From the NCBI GenBank assembly GCA_965213625.1, contig CBDBZU010000004.1, forward strand, positions 3,584,001 through 3,648,000: a stretch of DNA of 64,000 nt, read 5' to 3'. Below are positions 1 through 9,208 of this stretch, in pieces (within the stretch, counting starts at the first letter, position 1; every line of letters begins with the position of its first letter). This stretch comes from a bacterium (GTDB lineage Bacteria > UBA8248). The notes under the pieces are model-generated. The model was given only the letters and a program-made list of their open reading frames with translations. It did no database searches and was not told where the DNA came from. The translations under genes and the position numbers were made by a program.

Positions 1-948
1 GGGCTATCCGTGCGCCGTGACGGGCGCTCCCTGTTCCTGGAGGGCATGATCTTCGGCGCGCTGTTGGGTCTCGCTCTAGGACCGTTCGATCCGTTCGGGT
101 TCAGCGGCTTCACCTCCGACCTCGGCCTAAGCGTACGCACGCCCTATTGGCGCGAGGGATTCCTGGGCGCGGCCTGTCTTTTCGCGCTCGCCGCATTCGG
201 CGGGGCGCAGGGCGCGAACGCGGAGGAAAGCGCGGCGGACGGCTTCTCCATAAGCGCGGTGACGGGCGGTGGCGCCGTCTATTTCATCCTCCTGCTCTCG
301 GGCCTTTATCTCGCCTATCCGGGCCATACGGCGCACCTGTGGACGAGCGTCGCGGGGGCGGTGGCTTGCGTGTATCTCTACCAGAGATTCGACGTCACCG
401 AACTTCTTCATAGATTCCGGCTGCCCAAGGTGGACATCATCTACACCACGGTCGTGGACGTGCAGCTTTCGTTCCCGTCGTTTTTCGTGCTCTTGACCAT
501 CCTGGCCCTCGTGACGCCCAACATCTGGATCATCATGGTGGTCATCGGCGTACTGGGCTGGGTGGGGCCTGCGCGCTTCGTGCGCGCCGAGATTCTCTCG
601 CTGAGGGAGCAGCCCTTCGTGGAGTCCGCGCGCTCCTCGGGCGGCTCGGACAGGCTCATCATCTTCCGATATCTCATCCCCAACTCACTCGCGCCCGTCC
701 TGGTTTCGGCGACCATCGGCATCGCGGGCGCGATCCTGACCGAAGCGAGCCTGAGCTTCCTCGGCTTCGGCGTTCCGCCGCCCCAGGCGAGTTGGGGGAA
801 CATCTTCTCGGACGGCAAGAAATACATCTTCGACGCCCCCTGGCTCACCTTCATCCCGGGCTTTGCGATACTCGTCGTCATGCTCGCCTTCAACCTCTTC
901 GGCGAGGGCCTGCGCGACGCCATGAACCCGAGGGCGAACAGCAAATAG
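1..948 (+). CDS. ABC peptide/nickel transporter permease (OppC/DppC-like), 5' truncated by window edge
   Basis: Frame open from base 1; hydrophobic helices; EAA-type loop FVESARSSGGS and EASLSFLGFG...SWG...PW motifs. Confidence 0.85.
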   Translation, partial: GLSVRRDGRSLFLEGMIFGALLGLALGPFDPFGFSGFTSDLGLSVRTPYWREGFLGAACLFALAAFGGAQGANAEESAADGFSISAVTGGGAVYFILLLSGLYLAYPGHTAHLWTSVAGAVACVYLYQRFDVTELLHRFRLPKVDIIYTTVVDVQLSFPSFFVLLTILALVTPNIWIIMVVIGVLGWVGPARFVRAEILSLREQPFVESARSSGGSDRLIIFRYLIPNSLAPVLVSATIGIAGAILTEASLSFLGFGVPPPQASWGNIFSDGKKYIFDAPWLTFIPGFAILVVMLAFNLFGEGLRDAMNPRANSK

Positions 949-981
949 CGGCTTGGCGGGGATGGACCGGCTCGGGAGGCG

Positions 982-1011
982 TTGACAGCCAAGCGCGCGC
1001 GACGCTATATA
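982..1011 (+). promoter_or_regulatory. Possible sigma70 promoter of tRNA-Leu
   Basis: TTGACA at 982-987, TATATA 18 nt later, about 45 nt upstream of the tRNA. Confidence 0.45.
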
Positions 1012-1056
1012 GCCTCTTGCCCCGAGCGTTGGTTCGAAGAGACGCCCTGGCATATT

Positions 1057-1143
1057 GCCCAAGTGGTGGAATTGGTAGACACGCTAGCTTGAGGGGCTAG
1101 TGGGGGCAACCCCGTGTCGGTTCGAGTCCGGCCTTGGGCACCA
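1057..1143 (+). tRNA. tRNA-Leu (anticodon GAG)
   Basis: GCCCAAG/CTTGGGC acceptor stem, anticodon arm CTAGC-TTGAGGG-GCTAG, long variable arm, GTTCGAGTC T-loop, encoded CCA. Confidence 0.97.
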
Positions 1144-1335
1144 TTCAATCTTCGCGACATGCACCATACACGACTCGAACTAACCCGCCCGGGTCGTCCT
1201 CACACCCGGCCTGAAACCCCGCCAATAATAATCCTGGCTTTTTCTGTGGCGAAATCTGCGCCCTGAGACCTATATTGGGAATATAGGTGAGCGACATCTC
1301 TATATCGTAAGCCAAAGTCGCAGAAGGAGGTCGGC

Positions 1336-1539
1336 ATGAGCCAATACATCTGGATTTGCCCGAAATGCTTGCACCAGTTTCAGGGACATGTGTTCGATCA
1401 GGGCACCTACGGGAACGGCCCCATATGCAACGCCTGCTGCGTGGAACTGGAATTCCTGCCCGCAGTGGATGCGGGGGCCAAGTCCGCGAAAAAAGAACCG
1501 ACTGGCAAAAAGCAGGTCCGCGCGCCTCACCCAGCCTAG
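1336..1539 (+). CDS. Small zinc-ribbon-like hypothetical protein
   Basis: AAGGAGG RBS before ATG; CPKC and CNAC pairs. Confidence 0.7.
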   Translation: MSQYIWICPKCLHQFQGHVFDQGTYGNGPICNACCVELEFLPAVDAGAKSAKKEPTGKKQVRAPHPA

Positions 1540-1646
1540 GGCCGCGGGGCGTGATACCTGCGGTTTTCCTCACCGAAGCAAAGCGCCGCAAAATCCCGCA
1601 TCCTGTCTGTGAAGATAAACACTTCCAGATAGTCGCATTCAATCCG
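1527..1646 (-). pseudogene. Diverged copy of the last 40 codons of def
   Basis: Ungapped match to 2355..2474 (94/120 nt by hand count); DRMRDFAALCFGEENRRYHAPRP* versus DRMRDFSTLCFGEEYRRYHAPRPKEG*; HExDH motif destroyed. Confidence 0.85.
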
Positions 1647-1677
1647 GCGCATCGAGTCGGACGCGCATCTCAACCGG

Positions 1678-2259
1678 CTAGGGACGGGCTTTCTTGATGC
1701 GCCACTGCTTGAACTTCTTATCGGTGGAGGCGCACGGCGCGAGCCCGAGACCGCGCGACATGTACGGCCCGGCCGACCTGCTGGCGGCGCCTGCTACGAG
1801 GCAAAGCGTCTTATCGCCGCCGGGGCGGAACTCCATCGCCGCTTCGTCGTAATCGAAGTCCTGGCCTGAGACGTCTTTTGCGCAATCCAGCAGGCCAAAC
1901 GTTACCCCGGCGGCGGCCGGCGCCAGAAGCGCCGCGCACTTCCCCGAAAATGTGGCCGAAGCGATGCGCCGCGCCGCCTCCTCGTAGCGGAACTGCACAT
2001 CGCCGCCGCGCGGCTTGCACGAGTGCGCATGCAACCTATCACTGAACCCACGTCCACGGGTGTCGATGCACCATCCCAGCTTGTCCTGCTCGTCCAGATT
2101 ATCCGCAAGATATATCACCGGCGCCGGAGTCTGGAGGTCGGGCGGGGCCGCATACGCCGCTGCCGGGAGGCCAAGCAGCAGGAGAAGTACCACGCGCGCG
2201 AGCGTCTTGACTCCCGAGGCGCCGCCGGAATAACCGCCCATAGCTCCGATTGTTTTCAT
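1678..2259 (-). CDS. Secreted ricin-B/beta-trefoil lectin-like protein
   Basis: GGGAGG RBS; signal-peptide-like N-terminus; repeated Cys pairs with WCID, QF, QxF and QW motifs. Confidence 0.6.
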   Translation of the reverse strand: MKTIGAMGGYSGGASGVKTLARVVLLLLLGLPAAAYAAPPDLQTPAPVIYLADNLDEQDKLGWCIDTRGRGFSDRLHAHSCKPRGGDVQFRYEEAARRIASATFSGKCAALLAPAAAGVTFGLLDCAKDVSGQDFDYDEAAMEFRPGGDKTLCLVAGAASRSAGPYMSRGLGLAPCASTDKKFKQWRIKKARP

Positions 2260-2354
2260 TTCGGAATTCCTCCCTGTCTTCCTGCATTCCAGGGGCCCGC
2301 CGCATCGACCAAGCCGAAGTGAGGGAAATGGCACTAACCGACGGGGCTGGCCCC

Positions 2355-2882
2355 TCACCCCTCCTTGGGCCGCGGGGCATGATACCTGCGGTATTCCTCG
2401 CCGAAGCAGAGCGTGGAGAAATCGCGCATCCTGTCGATGAAAATCAGCCCGTCGAGATGATCGTATTCATGCTGGCACACGCGCGCGGCGAAGCCCTCCA
2501 GTTCCTCGGAATAGGCTCCTCCTTCTGCGTCCAGGGCTTCCAGGCGCACGTGGTCGTTGCGCGGCACGCGGCCATGAATGTCGGGGATGCTGAGGCACCC
2601 CTCCCAATCCTCCCAGCCTTCCTGGCCTAAAGGCGTGAGCCTCGGGTTTACAGCCACGCGCAGCGTCGCCTCATCGTCGGGGTCGGTCTGCATGACGAAC
2701 AGCCTGAGCCCGTAGTGCACCTGCGGAGCGGCGAGGCCTACGCCCGCGTATTCGTGCATGGTCTCGACCAGGTCCTCGATTAAGGCCGCGAGTTCGGGAC
2801 TCCCAAGCTCATCGGGCGCAATCTCGCGCGCTTTGTTTCTCAAGACGGGATGGCCCATGCGGGCGACCTTCAGTATGGGCAT
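2355..2882 (-). CDS. def: Peptide deformylase
   Basis: GVGLAAPQ, EGCLS and HEYDH motifs. Confidence 0.97.
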   Translation of the reverse strand: MPILKVARMGHPVLRNKAREIAPDELGSPELAALIEDLVETMHEYAGVGLAAPQVHYGLRLFVMQTDPDDEATLRVAVNPRLTPLGQEGWEDWEGCLSIPDIHGRVPRNDHVRLEALDAEGGAYSEELEGFAARVCQHEYDHLDGLIFIDRMRDFSTLCFGEEYRRYHAPRPKEG

Positions 2883-2891
2883 CTCTCTCTC

Positions 2892-3608
2892 CTATCCGCT
2901 CGGGGAAGTACTAGGCGGCAGGGCGGCGAACCAGGCGGCCAGACCGCCCGGGTCCACGGTCTCCTCCAGCGAGTCCACCACGCGGTCGGCCTCGGTGAGC
3001 TTATCGGCAGGATAGCTCGTCGTCACCGCGAGCGTTCTCATGCCGGCCGAATTGCCGGAGCGCACCCCTGCCACGGAATCCTCCACCACGAGACACGATG
3101 CCCCCGGAACCGGTTCGTTCAGATTCTCGTTAATTTGCGCAAGGGCAGTCAGGAAACTTTCCGGATCGGGCTTGCCGCGGTTCACCATCTCCGCCGTCAC
3201 GATGATCGGGAAACAATCGATGAGTCCCACCCGATCGAGCACGGGCCGCACCTCGTGGCCCAGGGCGCCGCTCGCAATGGCGAGGGGCCAGTGGCCGTCG
3301 GCGGCGCGAATCATCTCCGCAGCGCCGGGCAGAATCTGGGGCGCAAGAGCGATTTCCTGATAGCGCGCCTCTTTCAGTTCCAGTAGCTGCTCGAAGCGGT
3401 CGGCTTCGACGACCACACCGCGATCGTCAAGAACGTGGGAGAACAGGAGCCTGTCGTCAAACGCAAGATAGCGCTCTGCGTATTCCTCTTCCGTCAGGTC
3501 CAGGTCCAGTTCTTCCGATAACACCGCCTGAAACGCCGCCAGGTGAAGCGGCTCGCTGTCCGCGATGGTGCCGTCGAAATCAAAAATAATCGCTTTTAAT
3601 TCCGGCAT
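2892..3608 (-). CDS. HAD-family phosphatase (beta-PGM/CbbY-like)
   Basis: FDFDGT, GKPDP and VVEDS motifs. Confidence 0.9.
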   Translation of the reverse strand: MPELKAIIFDFDGTIADSEPLHLAAFQAVLSEELDLDLTEEEYAERYLAFDDRLLFSHVLDDRGVVVEADRFEQLLELKEARYQEIALAPQILPGAAEMIRAADGHWPLAIASGALGHEVRPVLDRVGLIDCFPIIVTAEMVNRGKPDPESFLTALAQINENLNEPVPGASCLVVEDSVAGVRSGNSAGMRTLAVTTSYPADKLTEADRVVDSLEETVDPGGLAAWFAALPPSTSPSG

Positions 3609-3696
3609 TCTCTCTCTCCGTATCCATTGCGGCCACACCCCGATAGAAGCCTCCGCTTCGCCGCCGCACGCATTCCGCCATCTCTTTTACCGGGCC

Positions 3697-4461
3697 TTAC
3701 AGCCACCCTCCTCCGTCTTCGAATATGCTCTCGCCCGTAATGTAGGCCGAAGCGTCAGACGCCAGAAAAACCGCGAGGCCCACGATATCCGCGGGCTCGC
3801 CCATGCGGCCGAGCATCGTCCTTGCCTTGAGCCCCTCCTCCACGCTGGGGTCTTCGAGCGCAGGCGCCAGCATCGGCGTTCTGTGCACGCCCGGGCAGAT
3901 GCAGTTCACGCGAACGCCCCGCCCGCCCCATTCGGCGGCGAGCGCTTTCGTGAGTCCCACCACGCCGTATTTACTCGCGTTATACGCCGCGCGCGCGGGT
4001 CTGTGGCCCCGCTCCCCCAGGAACGTGCCGATGTTCACGATGCTGCCCGCACCGCGCGCGATCATCCCGCGCCCTGCGGCCTGTGCGCACAGAAAAGCGC
4101 CCGTGAGATTCACGTCGACGACGAAGCGGAAATCCTCAGGCGAGACATCCACGCTCGGGTCTGCGTTGATAACGCCCGCTCCGTTTACGAGAACATCAAC
4201 GCCGCCCAAGGCCTCTTGCGTCCGCTCCACGGCGCGTGCCACCTCGTCCGCCTCCGTGACGTCCGCCCCGATGGCGAGGGCGCGGCGGCCCAATTCCTCG
4301 ACTCGGCGCGCCGTTTCGGCCACCAAGTTCTCCCGCCTGCCGAGAACGGCCACGTCCGCACCCGCTTCGGCCAGACCCAGCGCCATCGCTGCTCCCAGAC
4401 CCGTGCCCGCGCCCGTCACAAGGGCCGCCTTGCCGTCCAAACGAAATTTATCGAGTATCAA
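3697..4461 (-). CDS. SDR oxidoreductase (KduD/gluconate 5-dehydrogenase-like)
   Basis: TGAGTGLG, NGAG, YNASK motifs. Confidence 0.9.
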   Translation of the reverse strand: MILDKFRLDGKAALVTGAGTGLGAAMALGLAEAGADVAVLGRRENLVAETARRVEELGRRALAIGADVTEADEVARAVERTQEALGGVDVLVNGAGVINADPSVDVSPEDFRFVVDVNLTGAFLCAQAAGRGMIARGAGSIVNIGTFLGERGHRPARAAYNASKYGVVGLTKALAAEWGGRGVRVNCICPGVHRTPMLAPALEDPSVEEGLKARTMLGRMGEPADIVGLAVFLASDASAYITGESIFEDGGGWL

Positions 4462-4617
4462 GACCGTGTTCCTTTGGCAATTATAAAATCAAAAAGGATT
4501 GCGCCGCTCAAATGTCTCATAAAAGCGCCCCAAGCTAGGGGAAGGCGCATGGGGGTGTCAATACAAGGGCCGATGATTTAATCCAAGGCGAGGAGCGGAG
4601 TGGACGCACCTCGTAGT

Positions 4618-4991
4618 GGGTTTGTTGAAGAAGTCCATGTAGCCCCCTGATCGGCGACGTGATGTTCCCGTAGGGACAGGCCTCCGTGCCTGTCCTGATT
4701 ACAACCATCCTGCAAAAGGACAACCACGGAGGGTTGTCCCTACAAAAGGCGATGTGGTTTTGCTCGTCATTCCGGCGAAAGCCGGAATCCATTTGCAGGT
4801 GCGGGTGAATGAACGGCAGCGTTTCATTCTCCACCGATACGAGGAAACCCTGACGAAAAGCGAAAAACGTAAAAATGGATTCCGGCTTTCGCCGGAATGA
4901 CGGTGAGCACTCTCGATTGGGAGCAAACAACCCCTTTATTGGGGGGGCGTCGCTTCTACCTCCTACAGACAAGGACTTTTTCAACAACCTC
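4618..4991. mobile_element. Non-autonomous element with IS1182-like ends carrying REP-like palindromes
   Basis: Ends GGGTTTGTTGAAGAAGTCC / GGACTTTTTCAACAACCTC; GTAG-type palindromes at 4670-4695 and 4718-4743; perfect 26-nt inverted pair GTCATTCCGGCGAAAGCCGGAATCCA at 4766-4791 and 4876-4901. Confidence 0.75.
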
Positions 4992-5077
4992 GTTGTTGAG
5001 GGCATACATAAAGACTACACTTTTCCCGATACGCTAGCGGCGCACCAACCGCCCTCACCCCGAGATGGGCTATCCGA

Positions 5078-5752
5078 ATGGCCGAAAACCGACAAACCGA
5101 TGAAACGATCAAAATCTGCCCCCTCTGCGGGTCGCGCGAGACCGGGCATTATCTTCACTCCGATGCGAGAGACTATTTTCACTGCCCCGTCTGCCGCCTC
5201 ATTTTCGTGCCGCCCGGGTACTGGCCTGCGCCTGAGGCGGAAAAAGCGAGATACGAACAGCATCAGAATTCGGCTTCCGATGAGGGATACACCTCATTTC
5301 TAAAACAGTTGAGCGAGCCCCTGATGAGGTTGCTGCCGAAAGGCGCTCGGGGGCTTGATTTCGGCGCGGGACCGGCGTCGGATGGACACCCCGTACTGTG
5401 CGAGTTATACCAAGCGCAAGGACTCAAGTGCCTGCCCTACGACCCCTACTTCTTCCCGGAAATGCCGGATGGCCCCTTTGATTTCATCGCCGCGAGCGAG
5501 ACGTTCGAGCATTTAAGACACCCGAGAGAAGAAATCGGGCGGATTTATGAAAACCTGAAACCGGGCGGCCTTCTGGGCGTCATGACGGCGTTCTGGGAAG
5601 AAGCGCTGTTCGCCAACAACTGGCACTACCGACGCGACTTCACGCATCTTTGCTTCTACCGGCTGGAGAGTTTCGCATGGATTCAGGAGAATTTCGGCTT
5701 CGCATGCCGCTGGACGGATGAGCGCCGCGTCATCATCCTGGAGAAGATTTAA
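5078..5752 (+). CDS. Class I SAM-dependent methyltransferase with N-terminal Zn ribbon
   Basis: CPLC/CPVC, LDFGAG, ETFEHL, YRRDFTHL motifs. Confidence 0.88.
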   Translation: MAENRQTDETIKICPLCGSRETGHYLHSDARDYFHCPVCRLIFVPPGYWPAPEAEKARYEQHQNSASDEGYTSFLKQLSEPLMRLLPKGARGLDFGAGPASDGHPVLCELYQAQGLKCLPYDPYFFPEMPDGPFDFIAASETFEHLRHPREEIGRIYENLKPGGLLGVMTAFWEEALFANNWHYRRDFTHLCFYRLESFAWIQENFGFACRWTDERRVIILEKI

Positions 5753-5799
5753 TATGGCTCGGCTCGTATTGCTCTCTTTTAATTTGGGGATAGACGAAT

Positions 5800-6094
5800 G
5801 GGATTGTTGAAAAAACCCTGCGAAGTGATTTTGAAATTCACTCCCCCCTTGAGGGGGAGTGAAGTCTCCTCCTTCATCAGTCGCGTTTGACCCCACAAAC
5901 CTCCAACGCCTCTTTCCTCACCCTGAGTAGCCGCCGAAGGTAGAATGCGACTGAGAAAGGAGCGTTTGTATCGAAGAAGCGTCTCTTCGACATGCTCAGG
6001 AATGCAGCCCCTCCTTCCTCAGTCGGGGCTGACCTTCGATACGCGGCTTCGCCGCTACTCAGGATGAGGCGGAGAGGACTCCTTCAACAACCCC
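5800..6094. mobile_element. Non-autonomous element with IS1182-like ends
   Basis: Ends GGGATTGTTGAAAAAACCC / GGACTCCTTCAACAACCCC; internal CACTCCCCCCTTGAGGGGGAGTG palindrome and CTCACCCTGAGTAGC...GCTACTCAGGATGAG pair. Confidence 0.75.
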
Positions 6095-6240
6095 GCAAAC
6101 CGCCGACTGCATGTAAGAATCTCGATAAGGCTCACGCCCCCTTTTTGCAAGATTGCTTGTTCGCGCCCATACGCTGTGGCATTCTTGCGCGTGGGTAAAA
6201 AACCTCTTGATTCATGTGGGGAACCAGTCTCTTGCGCACG

Positions 6241-7965
6241 ATGAAAACGGACATCCTCATCCTGGGTTCTGGCGGGGCGGGCCTCTTGGCAGCACTCGCC
6301 GCGTACACCCGAAACCCCACGCTCGACATCACCGTGGCGGTCAAGGGTTTGTTCGGGAAAAGCGGCTGCACGCGCATGGTGCAGGGCGGCTACAACGTCG
6401 CTTTGGCTGAGACCGACTCGGTGGAAAACCACTTTCTCGACACCCTGAAGGGCGGGGCGTGGATTAACGATCAGGAACTCGCCTGGACGCTCGTGAGCCG
6501 CGCGCCCGGCTGCGTGGAGCGGCTCGAAACCGTGTGCGGGTGCTTTTTCGACCGAAACGAGGACGGCACCATCCACCAGAAAGCCTTCGCGGGCCAAAGC
6601 TTCGACAGAACGGTCCACAAGGGCGATCTGACGGGCATCGAACTCACCAACCGCGTCTCCGAACAACTCGTCAGGCGCGGGGTGGACGTTCTGGAAGAAA
6701 CGCGCGCGGTGGCGCTCCTGCCCGCCAGACGCGAGCCGGAGCGCGTCTCGGGCGCATTGTTGCTCGACATCCAGAGCGGCGAGTTCATCGCCGTGAACGC
6801 GAAATGCACGCTCCTCGCCACGGGCGGCGGCCCCACTCTTTATAAAATCTCAGCCTGCGCGCAGGAACTCGCCACCGACGGCATGGCAATCGCCTGGGAT
6901 GCGGGGGCCTCTTTTTGCGACATGGAGATGGTGCAGTTCCACCCCACGGGCATCCTGACGGGAGACGGCCTCCAGATAACCGGTACGCTCCTGGAAGAGG
7001 GCCTGCGCGGCGCGGGCGGACACCTCAAGAACGCGGCGGGCGAGCGCTACATGGAGCGCTACGACCCAGAGCGCATGGAACGCGCCACGCGCGACGTGGT
7101 ATCGCGCGCAGGCTACACGGAGATCATCGAGGGCCGGGGTACGGAGAGCGGCGGCGTGTTCATCGACGTGAGCCATCTGGGTAAACCCTTCGTGCGCAAG
7201 AACTTCAAGGGCATGGTGGAGCGCTGCGCCGACCTGGGCTACGACCTCGTGGGCGGTCCCGTGGAGGTGACCCCCACCGCGCACTACATGATGGGCGGCG
7301 TGAAGATAGACACCGCATGCCGCACGAATCTTCATGGGCTTTACGCCGCCGGCGAGGACGCGGGCGGCACGCACGGCGCGAACCGCCTGGGCGGAAACGG
7401 GGTGGCGAACGCCACGGTGTTCGGCGAAATTGCGGGCGAGGCGATGGCCGAAGAGGCGGCGGACTCTCCCCTCCTCCCATACGACGCGGATGCGCTCGCA
7501 AGCGCAGAAGAAAATACGCTGGATGCGCTGGGTAAAGGCGAATCCCCCTACCCTATCCGGGCGGAACTGAAAGATACGATGTGGAACAAGGTGGGTCTTA
7601 GAAGAAACGGAACCGACATCCAGAGCGGGGTCCGTATCCTTCACGATTTGAGGAGACGCGCGGCAGACGCCCGCGCCGAAGGCCCTCGCGGCTACAACCT
7701 CGCCTGGCAGCACACGCTCGACGTGAGAAACCAAGTCTGCGTCGCGGAACTCATCGCCTTCTCGGCGCTCGAGCGCGACGAGAGCCGGGGCAGCCACTAC
7801 CGGGACGATTGCCCCCATACGGGGGATGAGGACCTCTACAACGTCTATATCAAGCGGGAGGGTGAGGCTGCTGTCATCGAGCGCACACCCGTCGCGTTCA
7901 GCCGCCTGCATCCGAAGGCGGAGCCGGCAGCGCAGTTGGAGCCCGACCCCAATTTCATCGATTGA
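6241..7965 (+). CDS. Succinate dehydrogenase/fumarate reductase-family flavoprotein (TfrA-like, no covalent-FAD His)
   Basis: GSGGAG, QFHPTG, RDVVSR, AHYMMGG, HGANRLGGN, ESRGSH motifs; start could be 6214-6241. Confidence 0.9.
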   Translation: MKTDILILGSGGAGLLAALAAYTRNPTLDITVAVKGLFGKSGCTRMVQGGYNVALAETDSVENHFLDTLKGGAWINDQELAWTLVSRAPGCVERLETVCGCFFDRNEDGTIHQKAFAGQSFDRTVHKGDLTGIELTNRVSEQLVRRGVDVLEETRAVALLPARREPERVSGALLLDIQSGEFIAVNAKCTLLATGGGPTLYKISACAQELATDGMAIAWDAGASFCDMEMVQFHPTGILTGDGLQITGTLLEEGLRGAGGHLKNAAGERYMERYDPERMERATRDVVSRAGYTEIIEGRGTESGGVFIDVSHLGKPFVRKNFKGMVERCADLGYDLVGGPVEVTPTAHYMMGGVKIDTACRTNLHGLYAAGEDAGGTHGANRLGGNGVANATVFGEIAGEAMAEEAADSPLLPYDADALASAEENTLDALGKGESPYPIRAELKDTMWNKVGLRRNGTDIQSGVRILHDLRRRAADARAEGPRGYNLAWQHTLDVRNQVCVAELIAFSALERDESRGSHYRDDCPHTGDEDLYNVYIKREGEAAVIERTPVAFSRLHPKAEPAAQLEPDPNFID

Positions 7966-7990
7966 CACAGAAGCGGAGCGAAGAGAAAAG

Positions 7991-8341
7991 ATGACGAGCG
8001 TGAAAGACCCCGTGCCCAACAAGCCACCCGTATGGAAGATCAGCGCCTGGCGCTCGATGTATCCGGGCATGTGGTCCTGGGTGCTGCAAAGACTCTCGGC
8101 CCTTGCGCTCATCGTCCTGTTCCCGATCCACGTGATGAACCCCTACATCGACTCGGTGCGAATCACCATGCTGCTGCTGGTCGTCTGGCATTCCATGCAC
8201 GGCATAAAAGTGATTCTGACCGATTTCGGCTTTCCGGACCGCCACCAGCGAAAACTCCTGTGGGTGCTGAGCGTGGTAGGCGTGGCCGCGTTTTTCTGGC
8301 TGGCCTTCATGCACAAGGAATACTGGAGATTCATGTCGTGA
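7991..8341 (+). CDS. SdhC-like cytochrome b membrane anchor
   Basis: W..QRLS helix start, three TM helices, HSMHGI heme-ligand motif. Confidence 0.75.
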   Translation: MTSVKDPVPNKPPVWKISAWRSMYPGMWSWVLQRLSALALIVLFPIHVMNPYIDSVRITMLLLVVWHSMHGIKVILTDFGFPDRHQRKLLWVLSVVGVAAFFWLAFMHKEYWRFMS

Positions 8342-9189
8342 ACGAAGACGCCCGATTGAGCGAAGGAGCGCCGGAAGCAGGGGCGCCCGAAGAGCCTACT
8401 CCAGAGAAAGAGGCGCAAGAGCCGGAAGCGCCAAAGCCCCCGAGCGTGCGCGTCAGAATCCGCCGCGGCGGCGCTGCGGGCGATCCGGATGAGCGCTTCG
8501 ATACTTACGAGGTCGAGACCGGCCCGCGCATGACGGTCCTGGACGCGCTGGTCGCCGTCCAGAGCGCACAGGAACCCACGCTTTCGTTCCGCTACTCCTG
8601 CCGGGTGGGTATGTGCGGCACCTGCGCATTGAAAGTCAACGGCCGCCCCGCCTGGGCGTGCCGGACGCGGCTCGAAGGCCTTGGCGATGAAATCACGCTC
8701 GAGCCGCTCGCCAACTTCCCGGTTCTGAGCGATCTGGCGGTCGACATGTCGCCATTCTTCGAAAAGATGAAACGCGCGCGCGGCTGGCTCGAACCCACAA
8801 GCCTGGCGGAGAAGGCCCCCGCGCTCATCGCGCCCAATTCTCGCGAGCGCAAGCGCATCGAGCCGCACATCGAGTGCATCACGTGCGGAATCTGCTATGC
8901 TTCCTGCTCTATTGTAGGGCATGATAGCGATTACCTGGGGCCTGCGGCGCTGAACCGCGCCTACACGCTCGTGAACGACAGCCGCGACGCCTTAGGACTG
9001 GAGAGGCTTCTTGAGGTTTGCACCGAGGACGGCGCCTGGCGCTGCCACTCGCAATACAACTGCACGGAGAGTTGCCCCAAGGGCATCAGCCCCACGGGCG
9101 CCATCAAGGGACTCAAGCGACGCGCCGTAACGGGCGGCGTCAGACAATTCGCCGCATCCATCTTCCGGGGCCGCGCGCCCGGCGCATGA
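8338..9189 (+). CDS. SdhB/FrdB-family iron-sulfur subunit
   Basis: SCRVGMCGTC, CITCGICYASC, CHSQYNCTESCP; GTG start overlapping upstream stop. Confidence 0.92.
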   Translation: MNEDARLSEGAPEAGAPEEPTPEKEAQEPEAPKPPSVRVRIRRGGAAGDPDERFDTYEVETGPRMTVLDALVAVQSAQEPTLSFRYSCRVGMCGTCALKVNGRPAWACRTRLEGLGDEITLEPLANFPVLSDLAVDMSPFFEKMKRARGWLEPTSLAEKAPALIAPNSRERKRIEPHIECITCGICYASCSIVGHDSDYLGPAALNRAYTLVNDSRDALGLERLLEVCTEDGAWRCHSQYNCTESCPKGISPTGAIKGLKRRAVTGGVRQFAASIFRGRAPGA

Positions 9190-9208
9190 GAGCGGGGAGG
9201 ACACCAAA

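Noticed and set aside
1057-1143. tRNA-Leu or tRNA-Val as attachment site of an integrated element
   Set aside because: I found no duplicated tRNA 3' end and no integrase in the window
1527-2474. def 3' duplicate as a diversity-generating retroelement TR/VR pair
   Set aside because: Differences are not adenine-specific, many are synonymous third-position changes, and there is no reverse transcriptase in the window
4535-6198. Short ORFs over the palindromic repeat regions
   Set aside because: They translate the repeats themselves (e.g. MDSGFRRND) and have no RBS or family signal
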